Source: Octopus vulgaris (taxonomy: Eukaryota). Taken from it: a stretch of DNA of 64,000 nucleotides. This document shows, piece by piece, positions 24,220 through 64,000 of the stretch. How positions within the stretch are numbered: the stretch's first letter is position 1; each line of letters starts with the position of its first letter. The notes below the pieces were generated by a model. The model made no database searches. It worked only from the letters and a program-made list of their open reading frames with translations, and was not told where the DNA came from. A program made the translations under genes and the position numbers. Location of the stretch: the NCBI GenBank assembly GCA_951406725.2, contig OX597821.1, positions 95,418,001-95,482,000 on the forward strand. Reading direction: 5' to 3'.

Positions 24220-27200
24220 GAGGAGAAGCGTTAGTCAATTATATCAACACCAGTACTTGATGGGTACTTTATTTTACTGATCCGAGAAAGATGAAAAGAA
24301 AAAAAATGTTGACCATAGTGGGATTTGAATTCAGAGTATAAAGATTTGAAACAAATACTACAAGGCATTTTTCTGACACTTTAATTCACTGTCCTAATAA
24401 TAATTATTTCAGATTTAGGCACAAGGCCAATATTTTTTGCGGGGAGGGGATTAGTCAATTCCATTGACGACAGTATTTGATTGGTACTTCATTTTATTGA
24501 CCCCAGAAGGATGAAAGACAGAAGTGACTTCAGCAGGATTTGAACAAAAAACAAATAGCAGGAAAAAATACACTAGGGTAATTTCCTTGACACTAAGGAT
24601 TTTGCCAGATCCCCACCCTAATAATAATTTCTTACATAGTACACATTTTCAGAGAATCAAGTACAGTTAATTGAAACAACCTCAGTATGTAACTGGTACT
24701 TATTCTATAACTGGCACTCCATTGGTTATGGCAACGAGTGTTCCAATCAACCAAAGAGCCTGCTCATGAAATTAATGTGCAAGTGGCTGAGCACACCACA
24801 GATATGTGAACCCTTAATTTAGTTTTCAGGGAGATTCAGCACAACATAGAATATGACAAAGCTCGTCCTTTGAAATACAGGTACAACTCACTTTTTCCAG
24901 GAAAATGGAAGGTAAGGTTGACCAGTAGCAGGATTTGAAACTGCAATGTAAGGTATTGCAACTAAATACTGCAAGTCGTTCTATTTTGATGCCATCATAT
25001 TTTGCTAATCACCATCTCTTCTACTTGGGTGCCTTAAGCAGAGTCCACCATTTCAAGCATTCAAGCCAGGACCCCAGCCACTTTTATAATTTCATTTTAT
25101 TCCACTTAGTCAGGGAGGGAGCAAGGAAGTTATCCTCAAACCAGTGACCTGGTCTGAATGTTGGCAACAGAGTGAACTCTGTTAAAGGCATCCAAGGATC
25201 AGATGGTGCTTTGATGTTTTAGTCCAAATGAGAGACTAAGTCTATCAACCAAGAATTCAATGTAAACAGTTGGAACAAATAATGCAAAGCATCTTATCTG
25301 ATGGTCTAACAATCCTTGAACCCACTACCCTTGAACTTGCGTTTTATTTTATTGACCCTGAAAAGATGAAAGGCAATGTTGACTTCAGCAGGATTTGAAC
25401 CCAGAATATAGAGAGCTGGAATAAGTACTATTGGGTATTTTGACCACTGCTTTCCCAACTCTGCCAATTTGTTACCTTAACCCTTTTGTTACTGCATTCA
25501 TTTTGAGATGCTCTGTGTTTCTTTCAATTACTTTAAATACAACAAAGAATTTAGTAAAATAACTTGGTTATCATTCAGCTAGTGTTAGGAACATAAACTG
25601 TGACTAAGGATTGGTGGAAGATTTTAATTCAAAAATTAAAATCTTCACTGCAACTAGTCACAGATGACCTGAGAAGGGTCATCTGCACTGTACTACCCAC
25701 TTTAAGCATAAAAAAAAAAAAACATCACACTTCAGATGGTTCTAAAGTATTGTCAGCTTCAGTGGGGTTTGAACATACAACAAACTACATACAAGGAATT
25801 ATCGTTTCAAATTTTGGCACAAGGCCAGCAATTTTAGGAGGTTTTTTTTTGGGGGGGGGGGAGTTGATTGCATTAACCCAAGTATTTGACTGGTACTTTA
25901 TTTTATTAATCCTAAAGGGCTGAAAAGCGAAGTTGACCTCGGTGATATTTGAACTCAGAATGTAAAAACCAGAAGAAATGCCACTAAACGTTCTGTCCAC
26001 TGATTCTGCCAGCTCCTCACTGTTTTATCTTCATAATAATAAATATAATAACTTATAAGATCTACACAAAGCCACATACTTAGCTAAAGGGACGTAAGTT
26101 AATTAAATTGATGCCAGGGGTTGATTTTTCAAAGAATCCAGTAGGGTTAGATCTCAGAATGTACAGGGCCGTGTCGGACAAAATACAACAATGTATTTCT
26201 TTTTCTTTTTCTCTACAACTGCTTCTGCCCTTCGTCACACTAACAATCACTGCTTCATTGACTATGATGGTGATATATATATATATGTGGAGGCGCAATG
26301 GCCCAGTGGTTAGGGTAGCGGACTCGTGGTTGTAGGGTCGTGGTTTCGATTCCCAGACCGGGCGTTGTGAGTGCTTATTGAGCGAAAACACCTAAAGCTC
26401 CACGAGGCTCCGGCAGGGGGTGGTGGTGAACCCTGCCGTACTCTTTCGCCACAAATTTCTCTCACTCTTTCTTCTGTTGGCCTGCTCACTTAGCCAGCAG
26501 GGTGGCGTCATTTGAAGGCTAAAACAATGCGAAGCGCATTGTGACCAGCGATGTGTAGCAACATCTGATAGTCTGGTCGGTCACCGTGATATATATATAT
26601 ATATACATACATACACACACTCATTTTCTAGTCATAGTGTATAAAATCAACTTAGTTTTAAGTGGAAGTTGAAGAATGGGTGTCCTTCATAAGAGACAAA
26701 AATCTCTGCTTACACACAACATAAAGAAAACAGTTGTTAACGGTAGAAGTCATGCTCCAATCCAATGTTGTTGATAATAACAGCTGTTAATGTAATAATA
26801 GCTGTAGTGATGGTAAATATAGTGATGGTAGTAATATTAGTAGTTGTAGAGATGGTGACAGTTATGATGGGTAATTGTGAGCCAGACTAAATAGTCAAGA
26901 TCTACCCTATCAAGCTAAGGAGGTGGCTGATAACAGGTGCAATGATAGACAAACTCCCACCTATATATGTCTTTTTGTTGTTGTTTTAATTTTTGTTCAA
27001 AGGTGGTTATGAGAAAATGTACAGGCAGAGTTGTCCATTTGATCAATATATGCAAGCCAATCATTAATTTCACTAATGGTTATTACAGAGGAGTCAGAGA
27101 TATAACTCCAAGTTTCACCAGGTCCTCGCACTAGTTTCAAATTTTGGCATAGGGCCAGCAATTTCTGGGACGGGAGAGGGGGACAGTTAGTCGATTACAT

Positions 27201-27360
27201 GAACCCCAGTGCACAACTGGTACTTATTTTATTGACCCCAAAAGGATGAAAGGCAAAGTTGACCTCGGCAGAATTTGAACTCAGAATGTAAAGACGGACA
27301 AAATGCTGCTAAGCATTTTGCCTGGCATGCTAACGATTCTGCCAACTTGCTGCCTCAATC
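24220..27360 (-). repeat. Cluster of old SINE family C copies, all on the minus strand, interspersed with other SINEs
   Basis: Recurrent GGTACTTATTTTATTGACCC..AAGGATGAAAGGCAAAGTTGACC..GGATTTGAACTCAGAA at about 24260, 24480, 25340, 25890 and 27220. Confidence 0.8.
26288..26590 (+). mobile_element. SINE with family B head and a different 3' tail
   Basis: First ~180 bp match 3971-4150, then the sequence is unrelated. Confidence 0.85.
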
Positions 27361-27648
27361 CAGGTCCTCATATTAAAACAAAAAATCATTCTCTTACTAT
27401 TATCATCACCAGTTCTGTTATTACCATCATCTTTATCATTAGTCACCGGGTGCAAGGGGTGCATTGTACTGCGTCTGGAAATTTGCTAGGATCACAAAAA
27501 CTGTCTGCATACATTGAAGACTAACATTCACAGAAAGGAAGGAAGGCTGAAAAACTTTGCCCATGCTGATAAAACTCCTAACATACTTCACCATCATTGA
27601 GATCACTGTCACCATCAATGCCACAATCATTATCATCATCATTACAAT

Positions 27649-27724
<76 letters not shown>

Positions 27725-28636
27725 AATAAACCACTATTGTTCCTGAAAGCTGATTTTTTTATACCTTCTACAGACTGCTTCAAGTTTACCAACTTTCTAC
27801 GACTGGATCCTTGGATCCCACCTTTACACACACATACGCACACATGCAAAGACAACAGGCTTTCAAATAGATTCCATTTGCCAAATCCACTCACGAGGCA
27901 TTAGATGGTTTGGGGTTATAGTAGAAAATACTTGCCCAAGGTGCTGCACAGTGGGACTCAACCCAAAACCATGTGGTTGCAAAGTGAACTTCTTAACCAC
28001 ACAGCCATGCCTGCACCTAAATATAAATATGTAGCAAAAATACACAAGGAAAACAAAAACCAAGGGGTTAATAATGTTATAGAACAAAACTAAGAAATAT
28101 ATTAAGAACAAACAAAAATAAAACCCCAAAAATGGTAACATCTTTTTTAATATATATTTATATGTATACACACACACATATATGTATATACCTTTTAGAA
28201 ATTATAACAAAGATTTTCTCTTTTTATGCAACAAGATTGGTGCTTACTTCACATCAATAAGAAATTATACAACAGTTATTATTTACAAACTTTAGACTTT
28301 CCCCAACTAGAAACCCACTAGTAACCATAGCCTGGAAACGGGGAGGCAAGTGGAGAGAGAGAGGAGAGCAAAGCAAGGGAAGGTAACAACTAGAAGAATG
28401 GAGATGAAAGAACAGAAAAATAAAATTGTCAGGCTGAAGCAGGAGAGAAAACATTAAAAGAACGACACTTCGTAAATTTGTTGGGTAACCCAATTAATGT
28501 CTCATTTCATGTTGTCATGTATCAAAAAAAAGGTTATGTGAGTCAGCCTCACCCCATTTACCCAGCATTCCTTTCAAAGCTTGTTGCTTCTACATAGCTT
28601 TGTAATTGGAGTGAGGTGAAGTGAATCAAGAAGAAA

Positions 28637-28667
<31 letters not shown>

Positions 28668-31319
28668 AGAACAAAAAATGAACAGATTTCACAGAAGAAT
28701 AGTTGCATGAAGGGACTGAATAGAAGGTATGATAAAGTTAAGTTTAGGTTAGGTGTTAATAAGTTGTTGTCCTTTTTATTTTTAACTGTTACCAATCAAA
28801 ACCATGACTTCTATTCTTGCAAGCAGACTATGTTATAGTCAGTCTGGTATTTGATGAAGCAATTTATTTGACTGAATGGCTTGCTTTTTTTCTTTAACAC
28901 TTAACCACCCAACTTAAAGTAAGGAGTAGAACAGGTTTATTTTAAGTCGTTCAGTCAGATTGACTGACTGGAGTAAGCAGTGTTAGGTGCCTTGCTCAGA
29001 GTCGCAATTCAGTGAAAATTACATAATCTGAAACTATGAACATGTAGTCCTACATGGTTCAACACCTTTAAACTGAACAGTCATTGTAAATTTTCTCTTA
29101 AGGATGATTAAAAAAAATTAAATTTTTATTTAAATTGTTGTTAGATTGAACAGAAAACAATAAACAAAGTGCAGATTGCACTTACGTGTTTCATATATAT
29201 ATTAGTTATAGGAAAGAAGTCACAAAGTGACTGTCTTGTCACCCCCAATATACTAAAGAATTAACATATTGGTTTCAAAGAGAAACAATAATACAAAGCT
29301 GCTTGATATGGAACCCCTGAAGTCCCAAAAATAAGAGCATGATATGAAATAAAATTTATGTATTCCAGGAACTGTAAGACTTAGTTCTGCTAGTTATGGA
29401 ACTTGGTCCCTACAAACTTGAGTTGTATTGTTTAGAGGTATTTGAAGCTGTTATCTGAGTTACATATCATGTGTCCACCATGTTGACCGAGAGCAGATGC
29501 TTTGATCACCAAGCATGTACCTTTGTGAAGCCAGTCAAACATTACTAAAGAGCTGATGTGTCTGCTGATTTATCATGCATGTCAACATCCTCCAAACACC
29601 ATCTTTTGTAGTGTCATTAATCTGATGCCATGATGGTAAGGAATTACACCAGGGCTGTTGGGATTATCAAGGCAGACATTGCATTGATCTTTCATCTAAG
29701 CATGCTGACCATTTTCAAATTGGGTGATGGCAGCTTATTAAAACAAATTCAACTGAAGGATTTAACTAAACCTGCACAGTAAAAAAAAGTAAACCAGGCT
29801 CACATTAGCTTCACCAATGAATATACCAGTTGTTCTGTCATCAGAACTTCCTATTCAATGAATTACAGTTCAGTATAAGTGGTAGAGTATTCCACAGACA
29901 CTTGAACCTTTGATGTAATCCTCAGATGTCATCAGCATTACATTGTGTTATGGTGTCATATGTAGAGACAATCTGATGGATTGCTACACAATTGTCTGTT
30001 CAATTCCACTCCCACGCTATGGTAGAAGGCATTTTCTGGAGGTGTCATATCATGGTACTGAACCCAAGGACCTCATGATTACAAGTCAAACATGTTAACC
30101 ATTCAGCCATATAACAATACAAGTATTAAGTACAAAAAATCAACAGATTCTACCATTTCATTTAGTAAGTCATTTTTTGTATTTTTTTTACTATTACTGT
30201 CCACATGTAGAGGGGGCAGACAACAGTGGACAGTAGATGTACAGGATAGAGTCATGACCAGCTAGGATGATAAGGGGAAAATACTAATCCAAGTAAGAAC
30301 TAAAGGGAGGAAGACAAAGGAGTGAGTAACGCAAGAACAACAACAATAACAGTTAGTATACTGCAGGAGATGGGGGGGGGGGGAAGAAGGGCAGCAGCTG
30401 TAACTGGAGACTCAGAAGATGTAGCTTAGTGGTAAACAATAATCTCCTTTATTCATCACTTTTGGGTGTAATTTTATCATCATTACTATTTGGATACCAT
30501 TGTGACACACACACACAGTTAAGGAAATGACCCATAAGAACATGGTATTATCTGAGGTCATCTTTACATTTCATTTTTCTGGGGTCAGTAAAAGAATCTA
30601 GTCATGTACCAGGGTTCACTTAATGGACTGTCCCCCTCCTACAAAATTTCTGGCAAGAAACTACTACTACTATTACTACTAATAGTAGCAGTAGTGTGGG
30701 TTGTTTAATTGGCTATGTTCATCAACCAATGACAGTGGCCTTACTAATATGCTTCAGATAATTACTATTGCTGTTGTTCTTGTTAATATTACTGCTGTCA
30801 GGTCACAGAAAACTGAAACTTTGGATTCACCTGTAACTATATTACTGGCAGTAATGCCTGTAAATTGTTCACGCCCAACAGAAGTTAGGAAACTTGAGTG
30901 TGTGTGGATAAGAGAAAAAAAGACTTTTCGTTTTTTTGTTTTGTAATGCCAAAATATAGGGGTGAAAAGTGAGGGCTGTCACTGATTTTCATTCAAACAC
31001 TAAGGTAAAACCCATGAAACTGAAAAAAGAACTACTTGGTAGAAGTCTAATAAGGCAAAGCAGAGAGGGCTGGTAAAGAGGACTGGATGATGCAACCCTT
31101 CTGGCTAAATAAGCAGACGAACATTCCCCCTGATCAGAAGACTATTCCATTTACAGCTGAGTGAAACAGAGCAACATGAAATGAAATTATTTTGCTGAAG
31201 AACACAATGCACCACCCAGTCCAGGAACTGAACCCACAATCTAGTAATTGTAAATGCAACACCCTAACCACTAGGCCACACACCTTCACTGCTACTACTA
31301 CTAATGATAATGATAATCA

Positions 31320-31950
31320 TTTCTAAATTAGGCATACAACCAGCTGTTTTGAAGAGAGATGGTTAGTTGACACCACCAACCCCATCTACTTGAGTGGCGC
31401 TTTAGTTCATCAAACCTGAAAGGATGAAAGACAAAGTTGATCTTGGCAGGATTTGAACTCAGAATGTTGAGTCAGAGAATTTATCAGAAGGCATTTTTTC
31501 CTGATAATCTAACAATTCTGCCAGCTTGCTGCTTTAACCAATTATACTAATATTTCTTTCTAATTTTGGCACAAGACCAGGAATTTTGAAGGGGTGAGAG
31601 AAGCTGATTACATCAACCCCGATACTCATCCTGTCCTTATTTTATTGACCCTGAAAGATGAATGGCAAAATCAACCTCAGGAACCAATGATAATAAAAAA
31701 TTCTTTCTACTATAGACACAAGGTCTGAAATTTTGGGGTAGGGTTAAGTCAATTACTCAGACTCCCAGTGCTCAACTGGTACTTGTTTTATCAACCCCAG
31801 ACTGACGAAAGGTAAAGTCTACCTCAGTGGAATTTGAACTCAGGTGGCTGAAATGCAAAGTTAACCTTGGTGGGATTTAAACTCAGAACATAAAAGAAGA
31901 TAATAAAATACTACAAGGCATTTTGTCCAACACTATACCAATTCTGCAAA
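31320..31950 (-). repeat. Tandem cluster of decayed SINE family C copies, probably within the ARFGEF 3' UTR
   Basis: About four consecutive same-orientation units. Confidence 0.75.
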
Positions 31951-32726
31951 TAATAATAATAATGATAATAATAAAAATAATAAGCCACCTCAACCACCAC
32001 CATTTACCATTAGTATTATTGGTAGAAATGGTGGAGCATTAGACAAAATGCTACAACTACAAAGAAGAAATGTAGAGAGATAAAATAATGATAATGAGTC
32101 ATTAATTAATTAATAATAACATTTTTTCATTAAGCCTGAGAGATGGAAGGGAACAGAAAACATCTATAAAAAAAAAAGCAACTCATGTATGTTATGTGTG
32201 TGTGTGTGTGTGTGTGTGTACACATTCAAGATGGTTGGCTAAAAATTTTGTTCAGGCCAAGCTGGAATATAGAATGCTGTGTGTGGGTGTGTGTGTTTGT
32301 TACACTACCACCATACAGACAAGGAAGAGGTTTGGTAGGGGAGGGAGAGAGGTGAAAATAAAGGGCAATTCCATTTGTAGCACAGTTGCTGAATTCACCT
32401 CAGTCAGGACATTGAAGTCATACTCATAAATAACCTTACTTACTATAACACACTCTTCTGGATTTTACCCCATTCTAGAGTTTAAGCTGCCTCATCCCCA
32501 CCATACTACCTCCCTTATCACCACCATACTTCTTCCAACACTCCAGCTGTTACTACCACCAACTCTACCCACCACTGTCACTGCCACAATTACAATATCC
32601 CCCACCATGGCAATCCATCAAGTCACTGTTCTGACTCTACCACCACCACCACCACTATTATAATAATAATAATTGTTTAATACTACGACAACAGCAGCAA
32701 CAGCAAGCGACGCAGCCTTTGCTAAC

Positions 32727-62846
<30,120 letters not shown>

Positions 62847-64000
62847 CTACAACAGAAATAACAAAATGTTTGTTTTTATTCCTTTGTTTGATTTGTGTGA
62901 CAAATTATTTCACTTAAGATTGTAAATTGAAGTTAACATTAGCACCATGGAATGAAGACATTTACAACACACCAACCGTGATGGATGGCCACATATTTTA
63001 AAGGAGGTAGGTACAATTGATCATATCAAGCCCAATACATTGACAGATATTCATTTTATCAACTCTGATGAAATGAAAGGCAAAGTTGATCCCAACGGGA
63101 TTAGAAATTGGAGAACCTACAGACATAATACAAACACCACAAGGCATTACATCCAAGGCTCGGCTAATGATTCTGCCACAAATTTTTTTTGTTCAAAAGT
63201 ATTTATTAAGAATCAAAATCTTTCATGGTATATGAAGAATTGGATAATCACTAACTTCCCATTCCCTTGAATCTCAATAAAATATGAGTGATAAGGCAGT
63301 AAATATAAAAAGATAAAACTATGAGAGTTAATTTAACATACCCTATGATATTAGAAGTATACTGTTATCCTAATTGTTTCAACATCCACTTTCCCATGCT
63401 TGCATGGACTTTGAGACAAGTGTTCTATAACCTGATGCCTTTACTGTTGCGAACCCTTATCTGTTTCCATGCGAGGTAATGTTTCCCCTTGGCCAGACAG
63501 GTTTTTACAGAATATTGTAAATGGATGACATTCATTTACAACAATCATATTATATCAAGACAAAGAGACACTAACATCCATACACAAACAGGCTTCCACA
63601 CAGTTTCCATCTTCCAAATCCATTCACAAGGTTTTGGTTAGCCTGGGGTCAAGGTGTCACCCTGTAGGACTGAAACTGAAACTATGTGACTGGGAAGCAA
63701 ATCTCTCAAGCACACAGCCACATCTGTGCTTCACATCATATTTAGAAACATTACAAAAGGACAGAAATAATAAGTCAGTGACTACACTACTCCTCTATAC
63801 TATAACCATGTCTAGATATTTGGTAGTGTGGGTTGGGGACAGTACTAACGCATCACAATAAGCTTCTGTCGGATTACTTAAACTGATATATTTACTCATT
63901 TTATTATTATTTTAAAATAGTCTCAAGGTATTTCAATATACATTTAGGAAGGGCGTTAGGAAGAGCATCCAGCTGTAGAAACTCTGCCAGATAAAGATTG

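Noticed and set aside
28000-32726. ARFGEF poly(A) site and 3' UTR end
   Set aside because: There are many AATAAA/ATTAAA matches on the minus strand (for example 30448-30453) in AT-rich DNA; none can be chosen without 3'-end data.
62847-64000. Next upstream ARFGEF exon (expected FACN...FPDTSMEAIRLIR-like)
   Set aside because: Not found; only decayed SINE and RTE fragments are present, so the gene continues beyond the window.

Overview
Eukaryotic, AT-rich, microsatellite- and SINE-dense DNA; the repeat landscape suggests an octopus or other coleoid cephalopod genome (inference, not verified). One real protein-coding gene is visible: the last 11 coding exons (about 488 aa, minus strand, 62846 to the stop at 32727) of a BIG1/BIG2 (ARFGEF1/2, Sec71) Arf-GEF. 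All GT-AG junctions and phases were checked by hand, and the 5' part lies beyond the right edge. The rest is transposon-derived: a full-length IR/DR Tc1 (DD34E) element, several mariner relics, Helitron-like and piggyBac-like non-autonomous elements, RTE and CR1 LINE 3' ends, three or more tRNA-derived SINE families, and Penelope-like remnants. The most notable signals are: (i) about 11 minimal type-I hammerhead-ribozyme motifs from about 7 sequence families, several with non-canonical cores, 7 of the 8 intronic ones antisense to the host gene; (ii) a candidate in-frame 24-nt microexon and a candidate alternative donor in the ARFGEF gene; (iii) (TA)n-embedded fold-back elements and head-to-tail SINE arrays. 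Nearly all ORFs in the supplied track are spurious products of simple repeats or SINEs.
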